This document shows, one piece after another, positions 50,279 through 64,000 of a stretch of DNA of 64,000 nucleotides (position 1 is the first letter of the stretch; each line of letters starts with the position of its first letter). Source of the DNA: Vicugna vicugna (lineage: Eukaryota); contig MU058844.1 in NCBI GenBank assembly GCA_013265495.1, positions 5,951,260 to 6,015,259 of the forward strand. Reading direction: 5' to 3'. The position numbers were made by a program, and so were the translations under genes. Under the pieces are notes generated by a model. It was not told the DNA's origin and did no database searches. It saw only the letters and a list, made by a program, of their open reading frames with translations.

Positions 50279-53200
50279 AAATGAATTCAACATATACTCT
50301 CCAAATACAGCTGGTATCCATACGGTACTTGAATCAGTACAGTCATGTTGAATGGATTTGAGGGTAATTTGAAAGAATCCATAAATTACAGGTTGACCTC
50401 TCACCATCCTTTCAGATTGTTAAGGGCCATGTCTGAGAAATGGATGCTAAAGAGACTTTGCTGGGCTCCATCTTGTTTTCCGGTAGAAAACAAACCAAGG
50501 AGAAGGCAACTCATTTCTCTCCAGGAACGCTCTTGCTTCCTTCCGTGCTCCCTGAGTGCAGCCGCGTGTGCTCTGAGTGAGGGTTGGTGGATGACGGCAG
50601 ACGGCCGCTGTAGACCCCCCTGCTGAGTGTGCGACGTTTCCTCCTCCTTTTGCGATAAAAGGCATTTGCAATTGGGAAATCATTTGTTTTCTCCTCTGAA
50701 AGGAAGATTTATGCTCTTTTTGTGGAAGGTAATCACAGTTTGTGAGACAAAGGGAACAATGCTAGAAATAGGCAGAAAACTCTCTTGGTTAAGAACTCCA
50801 GCTCTTCAGTGACATAGCCTTTGGGCCATATCTGAGACATGCCCTTACTAGTTTTGTACCCTGCGGCAAATACCTCCTCTTTGTAATACAACAACAATAA
50901 TAACAGCAACATGCAAAGGCAAAGTTCAGCTTGACAAGTGAAGGGGTTGCTCTTTAAAGAAAAGAATACACAATTATGCATAAAAATGTCCAAGGTCACT
51001 CTGGGACCTGGGGATGTGACTGTGCAAGTGAGGTAGCCCTTGTGCTTGAGCTTCGTTGGGTTCAGGGTAAATCCACCTCTGCTAACACTGCCTGTAGCAC
51101 TTACTATGTGCCAAGCACCGATTTACAGAACACTTACGATCATGCTGTGAAGAAGGTCCTACTATTTCCCCCATTTCACACGTGGGCCAGTTAGGACACT
51201 GAGCAGGACAACAATTAGTAAGTGGCAGAGATGAAATTCAAATCCATGCTCTTAACCATCACTCGGTATGACCTATTTAAATTTTTTCATCTTTAAAATA
51301 GAGTTTTTCCTAAACCGTCAAGTAAGTATATAGATTAAGTCTGACTCTATCTAAAAGACTTAGCACAGTGCTAGGACATTATGAAAGTTCAATAAATGTT
51401 CATTCCTTGTTCAGGCCTGTTGGATTACACATGAAGTATATCTAAGTTTTTGATCCCTCAGTGTGATATTTTGGGCTTTGAAATCTCAACCCTGACTCAC
51501 TAGAACTTCTGTATCACCACTGATCTTCCCTAGATACAAAGAGGTACATCATAAATTACTGAACATAATTAGAAATGAGTCTATAAATGTCATACAAAAC
51601 TTTCTCTGGATCTTGATGAAATATTTCAATTCTGACAGCTTTTACATTTAATCCTCACACCTCATCTGAGCCAAATTTAGGAGACTATTCATGATTTTGC
51701 AATGCATAGAACAGCATAGTTTAAGAGACATTTCCTTATGTGTCTTTGTGGAGTTTTGATAAAAACAAAGGATACATAGTTTAAATATTTTAGTGTGATC
51801 TCTAATTAATATGAGATTGAGTGGCATACTTAAGTTCCCTTTCATGTCTAAGCTTCTGAGATTTTAAAATACCCTCTTCAGTGTAGAATTTAATTCCTGT
51901 GTTCTGCCCTTTTTTTTTTTACCTTTACTAGGAAACTTTAAAAAGTAGAATTACAAGAAGAATTTTTTTTTAATAATTTCATTTTACCTAAGCATGATGC
52001 ATTGCCACATAACCTGCACCATGAAAGGTAGCATTATGGTAAAAGTCAAATGTGTTTATTTCCAATTATAAGATGATGTGATTAGTTTATATATTATAAC
52101 GTCTAAGAATTATTGAATGTTCACTGTTTGCTAGAACACAATTTTAAGTTTAGTGCTACAAATATATGAATGTATGAGTTGCTGTCTTTTAATTTTATTT
52201 CTTTAGCACTGGTAAACTCTGCATTTTGTGTATTGTACCAAACACGCAAGGACACAACCTCATTCCCAAGGGAAACTTAACTGAGAACACAGCACTGTAG
52301 TTAAATATCTTATGCATGAACTTTAAAAAAAAAAAAAAAAAACTCATCCATGGGAAAATTTCTTTGACAGAGTAAATAAAATCACAATCTTTATAAGCCA
52401 ATTAAGAAAACGAGAGTATAATCTCTTGGAGTTGAGGAAGGCTGTTCCTCTGTGGAGAAGCTGCTCTCTAGATGTTTTTGATGGACTGTAAGTAGAAGTA
52501 TGTAAGGGGGAAGTAAATGGAGATAAAGGAAAATAAAAGGCACATCATCATAACTAGATAGCGTTTCCAAAACTCCCACAGTTAGGTGACAGGCTTGGAC
52601 AAGAAAAGGGAACACAATGGGCTGTACACAAAGATGTAGGAGGGGGCTGAATCACACAAAGGATGACTCAGAATAATTAAAAGAGAAGAATTCAGGAAGC
52701 AGGCAGAAATATGGTCAGTTTGATGAGGCTCCATAATCTTGCTTGGGTTGGTAGCAAACAGTGTTTTACAATTGAGGAAGTAAATTTTAAAATGTTAAGA
52801 ATGTATTTACATAACGGTGTTAGACTTCACAGTTGACTGCTATTTGTTTTTAAGAATCATATCAAACTAGTCAGTTTATCAGTACATAAAATCGAACTAT
52901 TCTGCTATTTTGTGGGTCTTGTAAATTTTTATTCCATTAATGCAGATAGTGGTCCAATTTCAGCAAATTTTTATTCTCACAAATTGTGGTATATAATTGG
53001 TAGGAATTCAGTGTCTGAGGTATATTGAGATTTTGCACAGTGTATGCCTGTTCTCAACCGATGACCAAGACATTTTGTAGCTGCCTCAAATACCACTGAC
53101 GACTCTAATGCTCCTCATTTACTCTGAACTTTTCAGTCCTGCAATTCCCTGCAGTTATGATTAACCAGGGGGTACTTAAGATCTAGCAGCAGCACATTAG

Positions 53201-54845
53201 TTTGGGGACACCATAGTTTTCTAGAGTAGAACCTTTAGATACCTACTTTTAGCTCTAATTACATTTGTCTGGAAGCTATGAGAGATGCTATTGAAAAACC
53301 ATGAATATTTCCATGGGGTAGACATATAGTAACTACAATCTCATATGAAGAAAAGAGTTGTACACAATTAGAAAAAGCAATTATGAAGTTACATTGGAAC
53401 TTTGAGATTCCATCTTTTTAATAGTGCACAAAGTTAGGCATTTTACATCAGTGGACCACAGTGGATTAGCTTTAATGTCTTGATTGCTTGTTCTTTTACT
53501 CTAGAAGAGAAAGTCAAAGAATTTTTTCCCTAGAATCATAATAATTGGCATGTGACTCAGAGTAAGTTATTCCTTTAAAACGATCATTTTTAGTGGCTCT
53601 ACTTTTAGTTAGCAGAACTTGATATAATCACAATTTAGATAATTCAGTCAAATGGCAACATATGCAACATAATGTTTTGCACAGAGTATACTATAGTACT
53701 GCTTTCTTATCTACCTTAGCATCTAAAAAAGGATTCATAAACTACCCCCACTCTATCGGATTGGGCATATGCTTGTATGCATTTCCCTTGCTGGGACTCA
53801 AGATAATAGTTATCTTTAAAAATTCAGAAATATCAAGCTAATCCCACATTTTGAAGGGCATTATGAAAGATTAAAGATGAATTTAACCATACTTTTAAAG
53901 AACTTTTGATTAGTAGACACATAGAGATATATAAATAATTAAAATACAAGGCAGACAATGTAAAGTATCGTAATAAAATCCACATGTTCAACAAAAAAGT
54001 TTTATTTGGCTGATAATGTGTGTGACATGTTATTCTAGATGCTGGGGTTAAAACCGTGAGAAAGACCATCAAGATCTCTACTCTCATTGAGCTTACAGTG
54101 CAGTGGTGGACAGACAGATAATAAGCAAACAATCAATGACCAAGAAATTTCAGGTAGAGATTACTGTTAGAAGAGTCAGTGTAGAGGCAGGATTTATAGG
54201 AATTCAAAATTGAGTGGATGGGGGCCGGAGAAAGTATCAGGATGGAAAAAAGAATCAGTGACAACGACAGTGTGGGGTCTGAGTAAATAGGAATATAGTT
54301 GTGTCTTGAGAAAGAACAGAAAAAATGGCAGGGATAATTTTGGGGAGGGAAGAGCATCAGGGTGAAGAGTGAAAAATCCAAGGTGTCATTTGAATGTTGC
54401 CAAATCTCTCACCTCCCAACACCTGGTGTTTGGACACACTGCACCGTGAAAGCAACCTTTCATCCAACCTACTCTCATCCCTCCTGACGTCCATATGGGA
54501 CTGATTAGTAGGGAACGGACTGCACCTGGAGTGGGACTTTAAAGGCAAAACACACTGGTTCCCCAGCCAGGGCCTTCAAGCTGACTAATCCTATATTAAA
54601 CCCACTCAATCTCCACCAGGCGATTCACAGCCTGTTAGAGATCCTTCAGTCTTTGCCTTTGGTTGAAATTGCTTCAAGACGTGGCCGTCTCTTCCATGGG
54701 GTTATACATTTCTTTTGTTTAAAGACATTATTTTCACTTAAAAAAAAATCCCCTAGAGAATCATACTCAGAATCATTATGTAGATACTGGAGGTCAGAGA
54801 AAGTTTTAGTATTTAAGTCAACAAAATCTAATTTTTGGTGCAAGT

Positions 54846-55051
54846 AAGAGGTTGGCAACCTTTTGCGTAAAGGCCAGATAATAAATGTTTCGTTTATCTG
54901 GGCTATAATGTCAGTGTCTCAACCACTCAGCTCTGTCAGTGTCCTGTGGAAAGAGACATAGGCGATACATAATTAAATTAGTGTGACTGTATTTCAACAA
55001 AGTGTTATTTACAAAAATAGGTGGTGGGATAGTTGTAACTGCCAGGCCCTG
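54846..55051 (+). mobile_element. MER58A-like hAT-Charlie MITE
   Basis: gaggttggcaaccttttgcgtaaaggccagataataaat...aaccactcagctctg...ttatttacaaaaataggtggtggg. Confidence 0.8.
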
Positions 55052-55289
55052 GTTGACTGAATAATTTCCTTTATTTGTCTCCTTCCAACCCCTTTCCACC
55101 TCTCATGCTTCAAAAAATTAAAGAAACATTTACCATCTACTATCTCAGGCAACTTAGGCTTCAAGGATGAGAGTCAGTTCAGGACCTGACTGGCAAACTA
55201 GCAAAAAAGAAAGAAAACGCTGTTCCTCAGTGCACACTGGATTCTGTAGACGCATCAGGAATGGGTATCCATTTCTATCTGGGGTGGTG

Positions 55290-57310
55290 AGAGCAGGGTT
55301 TTTCAGAGAAGGTAAGGGAATTTTCCTAGAGGAAGCAACATTTGAAGCAGTGTAGGGACTAGTCAGATGAGGAAAGGGGGAAAAAATGTGTTTCAGGCCA
55401 AGGAAGTAGGTTATGGAAAAGCCCAGAGTGAAAAATAGAATCATGACAGATACAGTGCAGTCCAATCTAGCAATTCATAGGGTGATAGATGTGACTGTGA
55501 CAGCCAGGGACCCTCAAATTAGATCTGTCAGAGATCAGCACAACATTGGGAACAGCTAACTCAAGGTGCGTATTAAAGAGGGCTTGGCTATGGGTTGGAG
55601 CAATCAGATCATGGAAGGAATTCTAGGAATAGGCACGAGAGAAGTAAGAATAGAAGAGAGAATGAGAGAGAAAGAGACAGAGACAGGAGAGGGAGGAAGA
55701 GATGTAAAGAAATTGAAGATGAAGGACTTGGAAACCATTTAAAGGTTTTAATCCAGGAAGGTACATGACTAGACTTTCCATTTAAAAAGGGCAGCCTGGC
55801 AATATTATGGAGCACAAATGTAAAAGTGGGCAGGAGGTTATAATAATATGACATGTCATGACTTACTATTGTAATTTACTGTAAAGCTGAAAGTTGTCTG
55901 AAGTGTAGTAGTGGTGATAGAGCTGAGGCTCACATATTTGAGACATTTTGGAGAAAGACTAAAACAGACATGGTGACTGGTAGTTAAAGGGGGATGAGAT
56001 AGAGAAAAGAATCTAGGAAGACCCCTAGTTTTCAAGCTTGAGAGAAAGGGTGGGGAGATGTGATAACATTCAGTAAGATGGGAAATCAAGAGATGGAATA
56101 GTTTGAGATTGGAGAAGATGGTGAATGAGTTTTGATGGGTCAAGTTTGAAGTGCCTGTGGGTACTATAAATACCAAGTAAACATGTCAAAATGGAAGTTG
56201 GGAATATTGGTTTAGAACTCAAGGGAAACATAAGTAGATCTGGGAACTATCATCATACAATTGGCTGATAAAATTGAGGTTAGTATTAAAGTCACCCAGA
56301 AGATGTGTACAGTGAGACAAGAAATGAGTCACAGAAAGCTGGTGATGCCTATTTTATCAGTTATCATTATTGATAATAAAATATCCTAGAAATTAGTGGC
56401 TGAAAACAACAATTTTATTATTTGTCATGATCCTGTGGGTAAACTAAGGTGGTTCTTCTGGCCTTTGCCTGGGTTTGCTCACGAGCAGTGGGTTGGTTGA
56501 GGGTTGGGTTCCAATGGCGCAGCTGAGATGACTCAGTCTGTCTCTCTCCCAGTGGTCTTTCCTCTCAGGCTTTTTCTTCCAACAACTGTCTCAGGACAGC
56601 ACTCTAGGAGGAAGAAGGCAGAAGCTTGAAGACTTCTTGACGCATGGACTCCAGGCTTCGCACACATCTTTTTTATCAAATTCTATTGGCCATCCTTAGT
56701 CCCAAGGTCTATTTAAGGAAAAAGAAATAGACTGTCTCTTGATGGGAGGCACTACAAAGAATGTGTGGTCACCCCTGAATGATACCTACATTTACTGAAT
56801 ATGCAGAGGAAGCAAGGCCCTTGCAGGAACTGAGAAGGAGAAGCTAGAAAGATAAAGGAAGAACCATGGAGCGTGAAATCAAGAAGTTAAGGAATGGATT
56901 GCTGCACGAATGGGAGGGAAAGGTCGCAATGCATGTCACAAAGAGGTCAAGTCAGATCAGTTCCAAAAATGGCTATTGGATTTGGTAGGAGATCTCTGAT
57001 AAATCCAAGAAGAAATGTGTCTGTTAGGGGTGTGTGGGGTTGGAAGTCATTTTCTGGTGGTGGTTGTTACTGGAAATTGATGAACTAGAGAAAGTGACTG
57101 TGGATTATTACCATTGGCATTTGTGAAGGAAGGCTAGTTGAGGTATGTGGTCAAATGATGGTAGTTAGAATGTGACCTGATAGTAGGAAGGACCAGAGGT
57201 AAAAGCAGAAGATAAAAAGAGTTTAAGCAGTGATAAATTATGAAGCAAAGTCCTAGAGGAGGTGAGGAGGTGGAGGCAGTGAAATTCAGAGCACATTAAA
57301 GAGAGAAAAA
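55290..57310 (-). mobile_element. L2 fragments with nested MLT1 (~56350-56780); a further L2 3' piece at ~53985-54380
   Basis: Purine-rich antisense L2 phrases (gtttgaagtgcctgtgg, ggctattggatttgg); MLT1 motif ttagtggctgaaaacaacaattttattatttgtcatgatcctgtggg. Confidence 0.6.
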
Positions 57311-59150
57311 CTTTGGGAGGGTAAATGCACACAAGGTACTTTCGTTAGAGATGACCGGTGTTTTTCTCTTATCAATGATGTTTCCAAATATCACCTTTTC
57401 CTTAACAAAATGGCATGATAGTCCCTGGTGTATCCTTGTTTCCACAAGTTACTAATGTGTTGTTGTTCTCTAGGTAATTGATTTGTGACTAAAGTGAAGA
57501 GCTGATTATTTTTTTTTCATTTTTAATTTTATTTTAGAAAGACACACAGGATTTTATTTATAATACCTAAAGGGACAGAGCCTTCTGAATCCCAGACATC
57601 AAAGGGCAGTACAAAAGGAGAAACTAACAGCAATAGGAACCATATCTTGTAAGCATCTTTCTGCTTTACTTAAGATCTCTGTTGCTCAAAACCCTACCAA
57701 AATGAAACTGTTGTGGAAACAAATACCATGAATTCAAAATGATTCAGGAAAGTCTGATTTTTTGTATTAATCTTTATGCAGTAAGAGTACATGGGAGAGG
57801 GAAATAGACATTACTAAACTCCCCAATCTCTCTTTTTTTTTTTTTTTGAGCTGATTATCTTAGATGGAACTTCCAATTGGAAGTCTCAATTTACTACATC
57901 TTATTATAGAGGATGTTCAGAAAATGGAAATCAGGGATACAGTGTGTCAAACACAGAAATGAGCATCTTGTGTTTGCAGCTATCCTACTGGATAATTCAA
58001 ATTCTTACATATTTCTAGTGCCATTCAAATATGCTGGCATATCTCAGAATACATTTAGAGAAGAAAGAGTAGGTGGCTGCAGGCAGATAGAAGCTGAAAA
58101 TCACCATCATTATGAAATATCTTCCCCTAAGAAGGCAAAATGAACTATGGACCTAGCTGTCAAAAGGAAAACAAATGTTGGTAGTTGACATAACTACTGC
58201 TATCATTCGACTAAATATGCAGGCGAGGTAACTCTTCTCTAATAAATATGTGTGGTTGTTATGAAATATTTCTTTACAAAGAAAAAAAATCAATAAGGAA
58301 ACTTAAGGTATTTGCCAGGCACAGGTAACACTGGAAAGTAAGCTCTAGAATTTCCAATGAGATTAGATATTTTCTCAGCATTTCATCTGGTAAATACTAC
58401 ATGTTAAATATTTACATTTTGAGTATAATCAATTTCCGGGTTCTGAACTATGAGCTTAGTTTACGTAACTCCCGCTAGTCTGCAGTACACATTCCTTTCA
58501 CGTTCCCTTCCCTTTTCTGTGTTTATGGGAATTAAGTACAATATTACTGCTACCCTGCAGTTAAGGAATGCCTAGGGTTTTTCTTATCCTGCATGACTGG
58601 CTAATGTTACTTCCTAGAAAATTAAATTGGCATTAGTAGAACATAAAACGAGTGATTTTTTTTTCTGCATATGTAGGTATAGATATGTATAAAATTCTAA
58701 TTTTCAAGGTATTTTAATTTCTGACTGCTCCAGTTTTTCATAGAATGATGAATTTTCTGAAGGACTGCAATTTAAAAAAGTTTAATAAAATGTGACTAGT
58801 TTGTGTTTAGTAAAAACTATTTGATCACACTGTTTTCATGCTTCATCTGTCAAAACAGGGATCCAAATTTTCACAGGGACCCAAGGAAAGACTTGTATTC
58901 TTCATGGCTGATAGGCCCTGTGGCGATCTCCTCCTGAGATCACAGCACTGTGATCTCAAAGATGTTACGTCAGAGGGCGTCTGCCACGTGCTGAGTGAAA
59001 TAACCAGAGTTAGCTTATGGGCCAGAGGGCTTCTTCACCATTTGCCTGCTTCATTAATTCTAAGTTTGCTTGAACTTTGTGTAGGTGTGTTTACTTTATA
59101 GACAGAATCAAACTTGTCATTTAATATTGTTTTTTTAATTGTATGTATAG

Positions 59151-59425
59151 TGTAGGGGAATAAAATGTTTTCCTTGACCCAGTGAAGGTCCCTGCTTGGG
59201 TCTGAAAATTAAACTGACCAAGACACACATTGTAACTGGCTATACATCAGTAACATACATACATACATACCAAGACAGATTAACAGGAGAAGGGCATTCA
59301 AGTTAATTTAATGTAAGTTTTACATGAGATAGGAGCCTTCCCAAGGAAATGGAGACCCAAAGAAATGGCTAAACCTGAGTCTTTTTATGCTAGGTTTGAT
59401 GAAGCATGGACAGTCATGGAGACAG
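59151..59425. mobile_element. ERV1-class LTR fragment containing a 43-bp L1 3' tip insertion (59226-59268)
   Basis: aaactgac..agacagattaacaggagaa...ttttacatga...ggagccttc...gacccaaagaa LTR-like; inserted piece flanked by ACCAAGACA repeats. Confidence 0.6.
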
Positions 59426-61509
59426 AGATGGAAGTCACCCTTGACTATAGATAGATCAAGGAATATCAAGTATTACAGTGAAAGGTACAGAGGATTAGGA
59501 AAAAAAAAAGTTTAGTCAGAATGCAGAGTGACTATTAGTCATAGTTAAGACGAAATCATAAATTTAAAGCTTCAAGTATTGATCCCACTATAACTTTTTT
59601 GCAAATCTTTATAAATAATCTTGTTAATGTTTCAGAGGGAAAAAAGAAAGCATTAGATAAAAATGAGTACTGTAGCATAATGAATTCTTTTTTTATTTTC
59701 CTCTGTCTATATAAATGATTTTCAAACATGCTTTGTGATTATAAACTATTTTAAAATAAACGGAAGTGTGCTAAGCCACAAAACAGACTATTTCCATGAG
59801 AACCTTAGGATGTGTTGAACATTATCAAATTTAATAGTGTTAAAATATGTGTATAATTTTTAAGACTGTGTGCATGAAAAATGTCATAAATATACGTACT
59901 TCTAGATGTAGTATAATATATAGTTAGTATGTATAGTAAAATATATTGAAGAGTTTCAAATTACTTTTAATTCAGTTTCCAATGAGTAAGACAGTTAAAG
60001 ATAATTGTGTAAAGGAGTTATATATTGGTGGGAGCCACAGTTTAGATATCAAGAGCATTTTCTCTTATGAAACATTCTTGAAATAAACTAGTTCAAATCT
60101 AGTCAAAACACAACCAAAATCTTATTCAGTTCTTCAATACACATTTCAGTGTAAAATTTCTTAAGCTTTATTGATTTTTGTGTGTTTTAATCATGAGCAG
60201 AATTTGAGATACCCTATGTAACATCATGCAAGACATTTTAAAACATTATATTTATTCATTGTTTTTGCCTCCTAAAATGGATAATTTAAATAATCTTGCT
60301 ATATAATGCCATGTCCTGATTAAATTCTGGCCTATAAAAATTTCCTATCTACTTGCAAATTGTATGCATGAACATTTATCAAATTAACTTAAAATTCCAA
60401 ATTTAAACTGGTGTAATTAAGTGCGTGTGTGGTAGTTACTTTGTTCTTACAAATGTAATCTTTTGGAGTAAATGTTTTTACTCTATAATATAACATGGAA
60501 GTTACGAATTTTGAATTCTATAAATCCAAGCAGTTCCCAATTTATACCCAGTTGAACTATAAATAATCTGTACTTGCAAACAGATACAGCATTCCTATAT
60601 AGCCTCTTATCTCAGTGTCCACCTGTTACTTTCTCCAGGTAACCTTTCTCCAAGCCACCTCCATCCATGTTGACCTTACCATCTGTCGTGAATCTCTTTG
60701 TCTCTGCTTCTTCGGTATTACAGAATCAGATACATGGGACTCTTTCAATACTTGCCTTCATACTGGATGTTCAAATAAAAGAATGATAGAGTTGAAGGAA
60801 CCCAATTTATACCAGTTGGACTATGAGGCTACTAATAAAGGCATTAATTTTCTCATATGTAATGTGGAAATAATAATACCTTTCTTGATTGTACATAGTG
60901 ACCATCAGGGTTATGTCAGCCCACATGAGCTTGAAAACTAATCTCCAGGGGAAGCCATATATGTAAGAACTCGTTCCTACAAAACGAAGAGAATCCCAAT
61001 TGGAGTAGGGATCACAGAAGTACTGGGAAATTGTTGTGTGTGTCAATATTATTATTCTAGGATATAGAAGGAGTCATCCCTACATCCAGACTTCTTCACG
61101 ATGCGGTATCGGGCTGAAGGAGACAGCAGTAAAGGCTTTTATATATGTGAGAGTTTTGTCAGCTAAGGGAGGTACCAGGCCAGACAGGAATCCTTTATTA
61201 TTGCATCAAAGCAGGAACAAGATTAATAAAAAAGGTACAAAAGAGAACACGTTTCCACATCATTTCTCCATAGCTGGCTGTTGGAAAAGTCAAGTGCTCT
61301 CATGGGGCACTGTGGTTCCATTGCTATCAAAGGCTAATTTGTGTGACAAAGTTCCTCTTTAAAAAGTAGTTTATGATTCTTTTCCAACTTAATCCACACC
61401 CCTAAATCGTCAAACTTGTAAACTTGTTTTTATAGTGTAATGGATAGAAATACAGTCTGGAGCCAGCTTTCTTGCTCAAGCTGACTCCTTGCCTCACCAC
61501 AAACTGGGT

Positions 61510-61775
61510 GACTATGTCTCTATTCAAATGTCACCTTCTTGGAGAAGTCTCTCAGAGGCAGTCTAAATAAAGTAGACCGTTCCTTCTTCCAGCTCATTCT
61601 CTATCCCTTCATCCAGTTTGATTTTCTTCCTAACATTTACCACTATCTGATATTATATTAATTATACATGCATGTCTATGTCCTTATCTCTTTTGCTTAT
61701 TGCTGTATCTTTAACATCTTCAGACATGTCTGGCCCATGGTTGGCATACAATAAATATTTGTTGAATGAAAGAAT
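61510..61775 (+). mobile_element. L2 3' end
   Basis: tcaaatgtcaccttcttggagaag...caataaatatttgttgaatgaa. Confidence 0.75.
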
Positions 61776-62204
61776 CACTAAGTGCAATAATGGACTATTT
61801 TCAACCCTCTGACCTTAATATCCTCCTGCCATTCGTACTTATGCATCCGTGGTTCTTCCCTAGTCCTAAGGATCAAGCAAAAATAGTCCTGTTCTATCTC
61901 TTTTTGATCTCTACTTAGATTATTGTCTTAACGCTGGCAGTTCTAACTGTAGTTGTATTGTGGCTGACTTCTAAAGATAAATTAAAATTGCCTCTGTTGT
62001 CTTTGGTGACAACTTGCTCTTTCCGAAGCCCACCAGGAATTACAAAGGAAATTAAGATATATTTCATGGTTTTCATTTTTTTCCCTTGCCGTAAAACCAC
62101 TGATTCTTAAATAATTTCAACCTCAAAACGCATCTCTCACTAAGGATAAAATCTAGAAAGGGTATTAAAGTTAAACCATCTTTCTGAGTTTACACAGGTG
62201 ATGA

Positions 62205-63497
<1,293 letters not shown>

Positions 63498-63615
63498 TTT
63501 GAAAGGCTTCTTTCTGACCTACTTTAATGTCGTTCGTGTTTGTTTAATTTAATAGGAAACTTTATTTTAAATATACTCGGAAAAATTGTAAAGCATATTA
63601 AAGTATTCAGTAGTT

Positions 63616-63874
63616 AATAAAAACTAGAGAAATTTGTAAGTTTCGTTTTGAGTTAAGACTTCCAACGTGACCTAATTATTACAAGTTCAAACAATGAACT
63701 GTTTATTACGAGTTCAGCACAAATAACTTGCAGGTGCACAACAGAGAAATAGTTTGATGGGAATTATAATCGCCCATAGCTTCTATGAGAAATGATTTGT
63801 GCAAACTTCAAGCTAATTCTTAATATTAGACAATTGATATATTGAAACTCTACACATGAACAAATAAAATTAAA
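63616..63874 (+). terminator. RASSF9: Candidate RASSF9 3' UTR polyadenylation signals (AATAAA 63616-63621; AATAAA+ATTAAA 63863-63874)
   Basis: Hexamers seen after the stop in an AT-rich UTR; the UTR may extend beyond the window. Confidence 0.35.
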
Positions 63875-64000
63875 ATGTGCTGTAATATATTTTTCACTGT
63901 ATCATTGGAAATTTACAATCTGTAAAGTACATGACAGCTACTATATTGTAACTGTTATTAATTCTGATCTTGGTTCTTTTCATTGATACTTAGAATGTAT

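Overview
AT-rich, repeat-rich mammalian genomic DNA. The young L1 3' ends and apparent lack of ruminant, pig, carnivore, horse or primate SINEs suggest a camelid, but this is an inference from recalled repeat sequences. The window holds two known genes in divergent (head-to-head) orientation. NTS (neurotensin/neuromedin N precursor) lies on the minus strand with 4 coding exons (16616-16544, 14298-14237, 8603-8379, 6039-5887; 170 aa; all GT-AG junctions checked by hand). RASSF9 lies on the plus strand with 2 coding exons (44615-44661, 62237-63497; 435 aa) downstream of a CpG island. The rest is intronic or intergenic DNA with L1, L2, MIR, MaLR/ERV LTR and DNA-transposon remnants; repeat family names are by eye and their boundaries are approximate. 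I found no convincing new gene or biological system. The best leads are a possible convergent CTCF pair separating the NTS promoter from the RASSF9 domain, a CpG-retaining exon-like patch with a perfect 25-bp palindrome 6 kb upstream of NTS, a near-consensus p53/p63 element and a candidate poison exon in the RASSF9 intron, a 16-nt sense/antisense match between the two mRNAs, and three very short TSD-flanked L1-type insertions.
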